DNA of 64,000 nt from a candidate division WOR-1 bacterium RIFOXYB2_FULL_36_35 (GTDB lineage: Bacteria; Margulisbacteria; WOR-1; XYC2-FULL-46-14; XYC2-FULL-37-10), in NCBI GenBank assembly GCA_001771505.1, contig MEUA01000005.1, positions 10,808-74,807 on the forward strand, written 5' to 3'. This document shows, in pieces, positions 11,049 through 20,865 of this stretch. The position numbers were made by a program, and so were the translations under genes. The notes beneath the pieces were generated by a model. That model was not told where the DNA came from and did no database searches. It worked only from the letters and a program-made list of their open reading frames with translations. The first letter of the stretch is position 1. The number at the start of each line of letters is the position of its first letter.

Positions 11049-12182
11049 TTATTTACTGAACAAATTTATAATTTTTTTGCCAAATGCTACTATTTTTTTG
11101 TGCCAATAATCATAAGAAGGATAATCATAATGCGATTTTTTCTTGAGATCCATGATTTCTTCAAATACAGTTTCAGAAAACCCCATTTTTTTAAGAAAAA
11201 AATCCTTATCTTCTTTTAGTTTTTCGCGCGAATACAATTCTTTAGTTACTTTTTCTAGGGCTTCATCACGAGAAATTTGACCAGAAGAAATCAAGCAAGA
11301 AAGAAATGCACGTCGTTTATCCACATTATATTTAGTCGGTAAAATATAAGATTGATAAAACTGTGTTATTTTTGATTCACCATGTTTCCCTCCATAATCA
11401 CGCCAATCTAATTTATTTTTTAAAATATCAATAGCTTCTTCTTTTTTATAGGAAACATAATTTAAAATAGATATTACTTTGACACTATTAAAATATCTAT
11501 ATCTTATATATTCAAAAAAATTTAACAATGGAAACGTTTTAAGTTTCATACCACTTCCAAATCTTTTATATATTGATTTTATGTTTAAACTGTCATATTT
11601 TATATTAAAAAACCAACTTGGAGGCATTATAGATTCAGTTGCAAGATTAGTTCCAGCTAAAAAATATTTTATTTTCTCCCCTCTTGCTATCCTGTCAATT
11701 GCTACAACAATTGCATTATCTGAAAGCATTTCAAGATCAACGATAGATGCTCTTAAAAAAGAGATTTGTAAATCTTTAAATTCCTCCCAATCTATAACAT
11801 ACGTATACAAATCAATACCAAGTTTCCTCACGATGTTTTCTATGTTTTTAATTGCTAATTCTGAATTCCATCCATTATCAACATGTACGGCAAGAGGTCT
11901 AAGCCCCATATTTTTGACAAGGTAAGCAACATATGAACTATCAACCCCTCCACTTAAGCCAATGATACAATCATATTCTCTACCTTTTCCTGCCTTTTTC
12001 ATCTCAGAAAGCAGGTGTTTTAATGCTTCATCTTTAAGTTTCTCATCATTAAGGCCTATCTCTCTAAAAAGTTTTTGGTTGTTGTTGCAATAGTTACATA
12101 TGCCTCTCTCATCAAATTTTATATCAGGATCAGTTGTATCCATAATACACTTTTTGCAAATTTGATAATGACTAGTCTTCAT
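11049..12182 (-). CDS. N-acetyl sugar amidotransferase (WbpG/WbuX/PseA-like PP-loop enzyme, forms acetamidino groups)
   Basis: An N-terminal Cys-rich ribbon (CKKC ... CNYC) and a PP-loop GLSGGVDSS. It sits next to HisH/HisF paralogs, as in the WbuXYZ and Cj1314c-1316c arrangements. Confidence 0.75.
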   Translation of the reverse strand: MKTSHYQICKKCIMDTTDPDIKFDERGICNYCNNNQKLFREIGLNDEKLKDEALKHLLSEMKKAGKGREYDCIIGLSGGVDSSYVAYLVKNMGLRPLAVHVDNGWNSELAIKNIENIVRKLGIDLYTYVIDWEEFKDLQISFLRASIVDLEMLSDNAIVVAIDRIARGEKIKYFLAGTNLATESIMPPSWFFNIKYDSLNIKSIYKRFGSGMKLKTFPLLNFFEYIRYRYFNSVKVISILNYVSYKKEEAIDILKNKLDWRDYGGKHGESKITQFYQSYILPTKYNVDKRRAFLSCLISSGQISRDEALEKVTKELYSREKLKEDKDFFLKKMGFSETVFEEIMDLKKKSHYDYPSYDYWHKKIVAFGKKIINLFSK

Positions 12183-12191
12183 ATGTTTTAT

Positions 12192-12959
12192 TTATATATC
12201 CTTAAAAATATTTTCCAACTCATCTATTAATGGATAAGTAATTAATACCGCTCGATGCTTACCCTGAAAAACAAATATACTTCCAGCAGCAACAGCAGAA
12301 GCGCCCCCATCTTTAATAGCTAATTTAAAATCCTCAGTTTTTGAAGCTCCTCCACAAGCAACAACTGGAATTCGAACTACCTCACTAATAGATTTTATTA
12401 ATTTTATATCATAACCTTGTCCTGTCCCATCTCTATCTATGGAATTAATAAATAGTTCTCCAGCACCCAAACTTTCTACCTGTTTTGCATGTGTTACAGG
12501 ATCTAATCCTGTTTTCTGTTTCCCTCCCCTAATGTAGACTTCATGTTTTCCCCACAGATTACTTTTTACATCAATGGAAACAACAACACTTTGGCTTCCA
12601 AATATATTAGAAACGGATCTAATAAACTCTTGATTTTCTACTGCATAGCTATTTATAACAACTTTTTCAATGCCTAGATTAAATAATTTTCTTACGTCTT
12701 CAATGCTATTGACTCCCCCTCCATACCCTAAGGGCATAAAACATTCGCTTGCTATATCAGACAATAATGAATAATTTGGCTTTTTCCCTTCAATTGTAGC
12801 TGTAATATCAAGTATTATCAATTCATCAACTTCTTTGTCATTAAATATATTTACAGCATTTATGGGATCTCCAACATATTTAGGATTGGAAAATTTTATT
12901 GTTTTAACTAGTCCATTATTTTTTAATAACAGACAGGGAATAACCCGATTTTTCAACAT
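12192..12959 (-). CDS. HisF-like imidazole glycerol phosphate synthase cyclase-subunit paralog (WbuZ-like)
   Basis: NAVNIFNDKEVDELIILDITA ... GGASKTEDF, a HisF (beta/alpha)8 barrel signature. Confidence 0.8.
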   Translation of the reverse strand: MLKNRVIPCLLLKNNGLVKTIKFSNPKYVGDPINAVNIFNDKEVDELIILDITATIEGKKPNYSLLSDIASECFMPLGYGGGVNSIEDVRKLFNLGIEKVVINSYAVENQEFIRSVSNIFGSQSVVVSIDVKSNLWGKHEVYIRGGKQKTGLDPVTHAKQVESLGAGELFINSIDRDGTGQGYDIKLIKSISEVVRIPVVACGGASKTEDFKLAIKDGGASAVAAGSIFVFQGKHRAVLITYPLIDELENIFKDI

Positions 12960-13570
12960 AATTCAACAAAATTCCTTAATAATTTCATGCCAAACTTATG
13001 ACTCTTTTCCGGGTGAAATTGAACGCCATAAATATTTTCCTTTTGGACGCTTGAAACAAAATCATAGCCATAAAATGTTTTAGTTAATTCAGCACTAATA
13101 TCATTACATATAAGGTGATATGAATGCACAAAATAGAACTTGGGATCGCTAAACATTTCACTGAAAAGCAAACTTTTTTTCTGTGGAACAATCTGATTCC
13201 ATCCCATATGAGGAATTTTTAAGTTTTGGTCATGATCTTTTAAATTAAATCTAACTGTCTCAGCATCAATCCAGCCAAGTCCCGGCAATTCACCTTCTTC
13301 ACTTTTTTTGGTAAACAACTGCATGCCTAAACAGATGCCTAATATTGGACTTTTTTCTTTAAGAACTTTTTCTTCAAGAATCTCTATCAATCCTAATTGC
13401 TTAATCTTCCTCATCCCATTATCAAAAGAACCAACACCTGGAAATATAAACTTGCTCGCTTTTGCAATCACTGAAAGATCAGAAGATATTTGAGCCTCTA
13501 CCCCGATTTTTTTCAACATATTAAGGATTGAACCAAGATTTCCCATTCCATAATCAATAATAACTATCAT
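12953..13570 (-). CDS. HisH-like class I glutamine amidotransferase paralog (WbuY-like)
   Basis: MIVIIDYGMGNLGSILNMLKKIG ... GICLGMQLF ... FHPE, the Cys-His-Glu triad of a HisH-type GATase. Confidence 0.8.
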   Translation of the reverse strand: MIVIIDYGMGNLGSILNMLKKIGVEAQISSDLSVIAKASKFIFPGVGSFDNGMRKIKQLGLIEILEEKVLKEKSPILGICLGMQLFTKKSEEGELPGLGWIDAETVRFNLKDHDQNLKIPHMGWNQIVPQKKSLLFSEMFSDPKFYFVHSYHLICNDISAELTKTFYGYDFVSSVQKENIYGVQFHPEKSHKFGMKLLRNFVELC

Positions 13571-15051
13571 TCAATAATTCCTTTAACAGATAAACGTCCA
13601 TAATAATTCTTCATGAAGGTATTCATGGCTATTAATTTCAAAGGATTTTTAATTAATTTCAGTAAAAATCCTTTGAATAGTAAAAAGAACAGTTTAACCC
13701 ATAGAAACACTTTAAACATTCGTTTAAACTTATTTGACTCTAATTTTATTAAAGTATTAAAATTTAATGAATAGAAAAATAAAGATAACTTAGATAAATT
13801 TGGATGTTTTATTACAATATTTTCATAATAATTCGTATTTGGCTCCGCAATAATTAGTTTTTTGTCTTGATACCATTCAAATATTGGCGTTTTTTTAAAC
13901 GGCATAAAAATTGTACAAGCAGCAGAATCAACCTTTGCTTTGATATTTAAATCAATTCCTTCCCAAATAGTTTTTTCTGTATCCCCTGGCAAGCCAATCA
14001 TATTAAATGAATTAGTTCGAATATTATATTTTTTTAATATATGAAAAGCTTTTATAATTTGATCGTTTTTCATTTTACGATTCAGATATTTTTCTCTTAT
14101 ATACTCATTGCCAGATTCAATCCCTAAAGTAATGCTTTCACAACCAGAATTTGTTAATTCTTTAGCAATATCATCATTTATCGCTTCAACTCTTGTTTGA
14201 CATTCGAATGGAAGATTTACCTTGCTCTTATATAATTCTAAAAGTTTAAAAAGATTGTTTTTATTCATTGTAAAGGTTTCATCTGAAAAAATCACTTTTT
14301 TCAATTCAAACTTTGCCTTTACCTCTATAATCTCATCAATAACATTTCCCGGGCTTCTGAACCGCAGATATCCTTTATTTTGATTAAGCATAGCAGCATT
14401 ACAATAAAAACAATTATAAGGGCACCCTCTTCCAGTTATAAAATTAGCAGAATCCAAGACACCTTCTCTATAATAATATTTTAAAGGTTCTCTATCAGGA
14501 AAAGGATATTCATCTAAAGATAAAAAGACTTGTTCTTTCTTACTATTAATAATTTTGCCTTTTAACTTATAAGTTATATTTAGAGAATTTTCTTGAGTTA
14601 ATTTATTATTTAATATTAATTCAAGATACTGAGGCAACGAAAATTCTCCTTCACCAAGACAGACAGCATCAACATAATCCAACTTAATTATATTCTCCCC
14701 TTCTATCATAGAATGAATTCCGCCAAAGATTATGTGAGTTGTATTAAAGTTGGTTTTAATGTATTCTGCCCATGACTTAGATAAATTATAATTCGTACTT
14801 AATACCGAAAAGGTTACTACTTCTGGCCGAATTTGCTTCATAATATAATCTAGTTGATGCTGTATAAAATCATATTTTATCGGAAAGTGCATTATCAAAG
14901 ACAAATCAGGGAAAAAAACAACGCTATCAAATCCAGCTTTTTTGAGGGCTGATGAAATATACAAAGGCCCCAAACTAACCTCTCCACTACCTATTGATAT
15001 AGGAACAATGTTTAGTATTCTAGGCTTATTTGTTTTTTTGTAACTTTCCAT
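13567..15051 (-). CDS. B12-binding-domain radical SAM enzyme (class B radical SAM, probable methyltransferase/modifying enzyme)
   Basis: CxxxCxxC present as GRGCPYNCFYCNAAM. The N-terminal region matches the cobalamin-binding domain layout of this family. Confidence 0.65.
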   Translation of the reverse strand: MESYKKTNKPRILNIVPISIGSGEVSLGPLYISSALKKAGFDSVVFFPDLSLIMHFPIKYDFIQHQLDYIMKQIRPEVVTFSVLSTNYNLSKSWAEYIKTNFNTTHIIFGGIHSMIEGENIIKLDYVDAVCLGEGEFSLPQYLELILNNKLTQENSLNITYKLKGKIINSKKEQVFLSLDEYPFPDREPLKYYYREGVLDSANFITGRGCPYNCFYCNAAMLNQNKGYLRFRSPGNVIDEIIEVKAKFELKKVIFSDETFTMNKNNLFKLLELYKSKVNLPFECQTRVEAINDDIAKELTNSGCESITLGIESGNEYIREKYLNRKMKNDQIIKAFHILKKYNIRTNSFNMIGLPGDTEKTIWEGIDLNIKAKVDSAACTIFMPFKKTPIFEWYQDKKLIIAEPNTNYYENIVIKHPNLSKLSLFFYSLNFNTLIKLESNKFKRMFKVFLWVKLFFLLFKGFLLKLIKNPLKLIAMNTFMKNYYGRLSVKGIIE

Positions 15052-16180
15052 AAATTAATTCCAGTTTTCTATAATTAATATCCCAATTGGCTCTTTCTTG
15101 AGCAATTAAAAAATTTCTATGTCCCATTTTTATCCTAAGATTATGATTTGATAATAAATTTATCACTTTTGCAGAAATATCATTTGGACTTCTTGTCGGT
15201 ACAATGTATCCATTTTCACCATCATTTATCCACTCTAAATAAGAAGGAATATCTGTCGTAACAACAGGCAAAGAACAAGCCATTGCTTCTAAGAGAGATA
15301 AAGAAGTTCCATCGCTAAGAGAACAAGAAAGATATATATCTGCACTGTTGAAATACTCAGGCATTTTATCGTTAGGAATTGACTCCGCAAAATAAACATA
15401 GTCTCTTATGCCTAAATTAACCGTTAATTGTTCTAACTCCGAACGTAGTGGGCCATCCCCCACTAAAATAATACGAGTATTTGGATATGCTTTTATAATT
15501 TTTGGTATGGCTTTTATAAAATCATCCACAGCATAGATAGGGAAAAAAGATCTCGTCATTAATAAAATTTTTTTATCCTCCCAGCCTAAGGCTTTTCTTA
15601 TAAGGTTGTTTTTTTTATTTGGTTTAAATAAATCCAAATCTATTCCCCAAGGAAAAACTATTATTTTTTCGGAATCATAGTTTGAAAATTCAATAATTTT
15701 TTTCTTAACTATTTCACAATCACAAGTAATCATATCTGCTTTTGATAAAACATATTTTGTTTTACTCATCGTTCTTTTACTCTTCTCAGGAAAAACTAAT
15801 ATATCAGACCCCCAAGGCATTAATAAAAATGGATGAAAATCAGAAACTGCAGCTAAGAACCCATCTCCTTGCACCCAACCGGCATGAACAATATCAGGTT
15901 TTATTTTTTTTAGTTCTCTTTTAAACTTAATATAGCTTTGCATAAATGCTAACCAACATCTTATTTTTCTGGTAAAAATCGAATATTTTTCTGTCCCCAA
16001 TAAAACGGCATTAGGATTATAACGAATTATTTTTAGGCCTCTAAGGCCAGAAATATCTTGAGGCAAATCCTTTCCAGCAAAATGAGTAACAAGGTAAACA
16101 TCATGATCAAATTCACAAAGTTTTTTTAAGAATCTATAATCATGGACAATTAAATCTGAACTAATATAAAGAATACGCAT
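15026..16180 (-). CDS. GT4-type (GT-B) glycosyltransferase
   Basis: CSLSDGTSLSLLEAMACSLPVVTTD, the E-x7-E motif. Confidence 0.65.
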   Translation of the reverse strand: MRILYISSDLIVHDYRFLKKLCEFDHDVYLVTHFAGKDLPQDISGLRGLKIIRYNPNAVLLGTEKYSIFTRKIRCWLAFMQSYIKFKRELKKIKPDIVHAGWVQGDGFLAAVSDFHPFLLMPWGSDILVFPEKSKRTMSKTKYVLSKADMITCDCEIVKKKIIEFSNYDSEKIIVFPWGIDLDLFKPNKKNNLIRKALGWEDKKILLMTRSFFPIYAVDDFIKAIPKIIKAYPNTRIILVGDGPLRSELEQLTVNLGIRDYVYFAESIPNDKMPEYFNSADIYLSCSLSDGTSLSLLEAMACSLPVVTTDIPSYLEWINDGENGYIVPTRSPNDISAKVINLLSNHNLRIKMGHRNFLIAQERANWDINYRKLELIYGKLQKNK

Positions 16181-17280
16181 TAATAAAAATCCTTACCACT
16201 AACATTTTCCATGATTTCTTTAAACTTTGGAATAAAAATTTGAGAATATTTTTCCATTCCATCTGGAGACAAATGAGTTTCATCTATAAAAAATTCTCGA
16301 TCAAACTGAAAGTTTTTTTCGATGTCTATAATTGGAACATGACATTTATCTGCAGTTCTTCGAATATTTACATTTTCAATCAAAACACCTTTTTTAAGTT
16401 TTTTATATGTTGGTTTATTTTTTATTTCATCATAAACATAATATAAATAGGTAGTTAGTATGGGTAAAATGTTGTGTTCTTTGCATATTCCAATCATGGA
16501 TCTAATATTTTGATTTTCAACTGTAAGATTAAAATTATTAGAAAATAAGGGATAAGACTTTCTAATTAATCTGTTCAAGTCATAATTTATATTTCCAGTT
16601 CCCATATACTTATCTAACAAGTATTCATACAAATGCCAAAATTTAATTTTGGGTAATATATCTCTTGTTATCCTAATCAATTTAGATTCAGATAAATTTC
16701 GAAATAAATGGCTATAATCACTTTTAAACTCTGGCGCTAACGCAGGAATAAGATCATTAAGACCAAATCCAAATACAATAGCTTTAGGCTTAAGCTTAAC
16801 AAGAGTTGTGTAAAGATAAAATATAATATCCATGCTCGTCCATCCACCCCTTGCAACAGGTATAAAAGTATAATTGTCGCCAATCTTTTTATTTAAATAA
16901 TAAGGCAAAGAATAAAAAACTTCTTTATAATAATATCCTGTGCCAAAAGTGCAGTTACCTAAAAAAATAATTAAATTGTTTTTACTAACTAATTTCTCAT
17001 CAAACAATAAACCATATGAATTTGTTTTCATCGATGGATATATTAATTTATCATGAGTAATTGGTGATTCAACCTTTTCTTCTGGAATTGTACAATTTGT
17101 TTTATATGCGACTGGCAAGTATGGATGAGAAATAAAATGACTTTTATTAAATTCAATCTTATCAACCGGCTCATAAAATCTTCGATTTTTTAGTTTAAAA
17201 ACTATCCTAAAAACAATTTCACCTAAAACAATTAATAGTAAAATTATTGAAACCATTATATACAACACAATGTAAACCAA
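16180..17280 (-). CDS. membrane-anchored SGNH/GDSL-like hydrolase or O-acyltransferase-associated protein
   Basis: N-terminal TM helix. SGNH-like blocks FLGNCTFG (Cys where the Ser nucleophile sits), GFGLNDL (GxND) and DETHLSPDG (DxxH). Confidence 0.4.
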   Translation of the reverse strand: MVYIVLYIMVSIILLLIVLGEIVFRIVFKLKNRRFYEPVDKIEFNKSHFISHPYLPVAYKTNCTIPEEKVESPITHDKLIYPSMKTNSYGLLFDEKLVSKNNLIIFLGNCTFGTGYYYKEVFYSLPYYLNKKIGDNYTFIPVARGGWTSMDIIFYLYTTLVKLKPKAIVFGFGLNDLIPALAPEFKSDYSHLFRNLSESKLIRITRDILPKIKFWHLYEYLLDKYMGTGNINYDLNRLIRKSYPLFSNNFNLTVENQNIRSMIGICKEHNILPILTTYLYYVYDEIKNKPTYKKLKKGVLIENVNIRRTADKCHVPIIDIEKNFQFDREFFIDETHLSPDGMEKYSQIFIPKFKEIMENVSGKDFY

Positions 17281-17282
17281 TT

Positions 17283-18176
17283 TTATCTCCTTAACAATAA
17301 ATGTTCGCTTTTGTTTTTTAATTGTCTCAATATCAAGAGGATTAATTTTATTGGATTAAGCAATAATAAACTCCATGACTCCTTAATAACTTCTATTAGT
17401 CTACCATTTTTATAATATCCAAGCATAGTTGCTAAATGTATATTGTAAAAAGCTTCTTTTTTTAAGGTGGCAGGTAATAAGGGATTTCTTGCATATGCTT
17501 TTGCAATGACCGCTAAACTATCTTTTTTGTAATCTTCAGTGTGTGCCACTAAATAGTCTCTAACAATTCGATACTTTGATAATGTTTCGGCTATATGTTT
17601 TATTTGATAATGTTCTGAAATTCTAAGCCACATATCCCAATCAGCAGCACAAAACATTTTTTCATCAAAAAACCCAACAGAAGAAAAACACTCTTTTTTA
17701 ACAATAACAGTAGGGTTATTAATAAAATTCGATAATAACAATCTTTTAGAAACATATCCTGAGAAACCTGAACATTTATTTTCTGAAATTATTTCTCCTG
17801 CGAAATCTATTAAAAATATGTTTGTATAAACCAATCCAACATCCTCATCCATAAAACCTTTTAAACTTTCTTCCAATTTATTTGACAACCATAAATCATC
17901 ACAATCCAAAAAAGCAATGTATTTGCCCTTCGCTACTTTAATTCCTAAATTTCTTGCACTTGATACTCCACCATTTTCTTTATAAATGTAATAAATTTTA
18001 TCGCCAAAATTTCTCATGGCATCTCTTGTTCCATCAGTTGAGCCATCATCAACAACAATTATTTCAAAATCACAAAATGTCTGGGCTAAAACACTTTCTA
18101 CCGCCTGAGCTGTATAAGTTGCATAATTGTATGCAGGGATGACAACACTTACTTCAGACATTTCCTCTCCAATCAT
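17283..18176 (-). CDS. family 2 glycosyltransferase
   Basis: VSVVIPAYNYATYTAQAVESVLAQTFCDFEIIVVDDGSTDGT. Confidence 0.7.
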   Translation of the reverse strand: MIGEEMSEVSVVIPAYNYATYTAQAVESVLAQTFCDFEIIVVDDGSTDGTRDAMRNFGDKIYYIYKENGGVSSARNLGIKVAKGKYIAFLDCDDLWLSNKLEESLKGFMDEDVGLVYTNIFLIDFAGEIISENKCSGFSGYVSKRLLLSNFINNPTVIVKKECFSSVGFFDEKMFCAADWDMWLRISEHYQIKHIAETLSKYRIVRDYLVAHTEDYKKDSLAVIAKAYARNPLLPATLKKEAFYNIHLATMLGYYKNGRLIEVIKESWSLLLLNPIKLILLILRQLKNKSEHLLLRR

Positions 18177-19032
18177 TTATATACTCTTTTAAAGCTTCTT
18201 CCCAGTCTCTCATTATATTCATTTCCATAAGCTCCAATTTATAGTTTCTAATTCCTTCAGATTCAGCACGAGGAGCAGGCAATGGAAATTCTTCTGAAGA
18301 AACAGGTATTACTTTAATATTCTTTCCTATTATTTCTACAATTTTACAGGCAATATCATATCGACTGCAACAACCATTATTTCCAAGATGATATAATCCA
18401 TAACTACCTGTTTTAATAATTTTTTTAATACCTTCAACCAAATCTTTTGCGAAAGTTGGAGTACCATATTTATCATTTACCGCTTTAATTTCTTTTCTAC
18501 CTTCCAGGCAAAACTGGATAATTTTCCCAACAAATTTTTTATCCTTTTCTCTTCCGCCACCAATCATCCATCCAGCACGAAAAATATAATATCTGTTCAA
18601 TAAATTTTGAACAATTTTTTCCCCTTCATACTTCGATTTAGCATAAAAGCTTAGAGGCTCAGGAGAAGAAAATTCTGTCTGTATTTCCATTTTTTTGCCA
18701 TTAAAAACGCCACCTGTACTTACATAAACCATTTCACAATCAAATTTCTGACAGGCTAAAGCAATATTTTGAGTACCTAAAGTATTAGTTCGATAAGCAT
18801 GATCAATTTCTGTCTCACATTTATCAACATCTGTTTCTGCCGCAAGATGAAGAACAATATCCGGCTTATTCTTTTTAAAAAGACCAAAAACGTTATCTTT
18901 ATCTTTAATATCCATTTCAGGCAAATCAGTTAAAACCAAGGCTTCATCACTGAAAACTGCTCCAACATAACTTCCTACCATTCCATTTGCGCCGGTTACT
19001 AAAATCATGTATTCCCTCCAATAAATTATCAA
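18154..19032 (-). CDS. RmlD-like NAD(P)H-dependent 4-keto-6-deoxy-sugar reductase (dTDP-4-dehydrorhamnose reductase family)
   Basis: MILVTGANGMVGSYV ... LHLAAETDVDKCE. Length 292 aa, matching the RmlD substrate-binding fold. Confidence 0.6.
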   Translation of the reverse strand: MIIYWREYMILVTGANGMVGSYVGAVFSDEALVLTDLPEMDIKDKDNVFGLFKKNKPDIVLHLAAETDVDKCETEIDHAYRTNTLGTQNIALACQKFDCEMVYVSTGGVFNGKKMEIQTEFSSPEPLSFYAKSKYEGEKIVQNLLNRYYIFRAGWMIGGGREKDKKFVGKIIQFCLEGRKEIKAVNDKYGTPTFAKDLVEGIKKIIKTGSYGLYHLGNNGCCSRYDIACKIVEIIGKNIKVIPVSSEEFPLPAPRAESEGIRNYKLELMEMNIMRDWEEALKEYINDWRGNV

Positions 19033-20865
19033 TTAAGTATAAAAAGGCAATAAAGTTTGTTCTGTTAATGGCGAAAAAAAACTCTCCATCAACTGTCGTC
19101 CCCGAATTTTTATTTGATCAAGCTGCTTGTTAGTAAGCGTCAAAATCTTTTTTATTTCTCTTCCAATGTCTTCTGACGTTCGAGCTACAAACTGAGTTTC
19201 ATCCATTGAGATCCAATCCATAGGATCAAGAGTTAAATCAATATCGCTTCGCACTCTAATTACAGGCAATCCATAAGCGATAGCATCTAAAATTGTAGCT
19301 GAGGCTGTTGCAATCAACAACTTAGATTGTGCCATAAGATCATTAATATTTCCTTCTGTAATCTCAAATTTAAAAAAAGAATCAAACGTAACATTTAAAA
19401 TATCTTGCAATTCTTTCCTAGGCATCATTGGATGAGGCTTTATCAAGACTTTTAAATCCGAAATACTTTTTAATATTTTATAAGATTTTGATAATAATTC
19501 AAGAGCTGTAGATCGTAATAATGGAAGAGTTATCAAAATATAGAATTTCTCAATAGAATTACTAATATTTGCCTTTAATAAATATTGATAGCGCAAAGCT
19601 GGCCCCTCTGCCAAAACATTTGAAGGATATCCTTCTTTCAAAAGAATCTCTTTGAAAAACTTTCCTGAACAAATTACTTTATCCGGCAATGGTAGAACTT
19701 TCAGTTCATTAAATGAGGTATAGCAAGACAATAAAAGAGGAGGAATAGATGTATGTTGAAATCCAAGTAGCTTTGTTTTGGAATAATATTTTAATTTACC
19801 CATTATCAAGGGCTTCTCAGATATCATATTCTCAAAAGGTATAATGATTTTTTTTATTATAATTCCATTTTTTCTTAATTTCTCAACAAGAAAATAGTGC
19901 ATTATAAGACTTGACAAAGACCCTTCAAAAAAATCTCTTTTAAATGCTTGACGAAATATTAGCTTGAGGTTCCAGTCGTTGAATACAAAATCTTTTTTAA
20001 ACAAATGCCTTGATTTTAATATAATAAAAATAGTTTTTAAATAATCCGCTAAAGAATAAAAATCTTCAGGGATAATAAATTGAGCCTTTGCTTTTCTAAA
20101 CCACAAGATTGCTTCTTTATATGAACGTTTTATATTGTAAATTATTGGAATAATAGCAACAGTTTCTCCTTTTCTTTTTAAGTTTTCATGGAGGTCAACA
20201 AAATAAGAATCTTTAAATAGGCCCTCATCTCCCAAATTTCTTTCTCCTACCCAAGTTCTCAAAATTGTCAATGGTATATTTTTATTAATATGTTTTACAC
20301 CATAAATACGTGAATATATAACATATATTTTCTCTATAAAACTTCTTTTTGCAAAGCGGATTAAACTTATACAAGATTTCAAATAAAAACTCATCAATGC
20401 TTCTTTTTTATAGAATTTTGACACAGTATATTCTTTAAATAACTCAGATTCATAAATTGTCTCCAACAATTCAGGACTTTCAGAGAAAATACAAATGTTT
20501 TTATTTCTAATTTCATTTCCTTTTAATTGCTTAATAATATCCAAATAACAAACATACAGAAAAACGGGACTATCCATAACATTTTTTTCTGCTATTTTAG
20601 ATACCCACCAGTAAAAAGAAGAAAATCGACAGCTCAAATTGCCAATGAAATCAATATATTGTCTACGAAGTTTATATGATGTTGCGTATAAAAAGTCCCC
20701 TATGTCAATATAATGAAAATTTGAAGGCAAAGTTTTTTTTAGCTTTAATAATTTCTCATAGTCTCTACCCAAAAAAAAACAGTAAAAATCTCTATCCATA
20801 TCTTCTTTAGGAAAAGAAGCCTCCTCAGAAATTAATATTAACTTTTTTTTCTTTGAATTAGACAT
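19033..20865 (-). CDS. large (610 aa) GT-B-like transferase of uncertain specificity (capsule/teichoic-acid-type or CMP-sugar-dependent transferase)
   Basis: The C-terminal half, KVLIKPHPMM...LLIATASATILDAIAYGLPVIRV, matches the donor-binding half of GT-B enzymes. It lies directly upstream of a cytidylyltransferase. It is a paralog of the N-terminal region of the 32615-35122 ORF. Confidence 0.35.
   Translation of the reverse strand: MSNSKKKKLILISEEASFPKEDMDRDFYCFFLGRDYEKLLKLKKTLPSNFHYIDIGDFLYATSYKLRRQYIDFIGNLSCRFSSFYWWVSKIAEKNVMDSPVFLYVCYLDIIKQLKGNEIRNKNICIFSESPELLETIYESELFKEYTVSKFYKKEALMSFYLKSCISLIRFAKRSFIEKIYVIYSRIYGVKHINKNIPLTILRTWVGERNLGDEGLFKDSYFVDLHENLKRKGETVAIIPIIYNIKRSYKEAILWFRKAKAQFIIPEDFYSLADYLKTIFIILKSRHLFKKDFVFNDWNLKLIFRQAFKRDFFEGSLSSLIMHYFLVEKLRKNGIIIKKIIIPFENMISEKPLIMGKLKYYSKTKLLGFQHTSIPPLLLSCYTSFNELKVLPLPDKVICSGKFFKEILLKEGYPSNVLAEGPALRYQYLLKANISNSIEKFYILITLPLLRSTALELLSKSYKILKSISDLKVLIKPHPMMPRKELQDILNVTFDSFFKFEITEGNINDLMAQSKLLIATASATILDAIAYGLPVIRVRSDIDLTLDPMDWISMDETQFVARTSEDIGREIKKILTLTNKQLDQIKIRGRQLMESFFSPLTEQTLLPFYT

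Noticed and set aside
19033-20865. Confident assignment of the 600-aa proteins as KpsC/KpsS beta-Kdo transferases or TagF glycerophosphotransferases.
   Set aside because: I could only match a generic GT-B donor-half pattern and could not verify the catalytic motifs specific to these families. The calls are left as 'GT-B-like, unknown specificity'.
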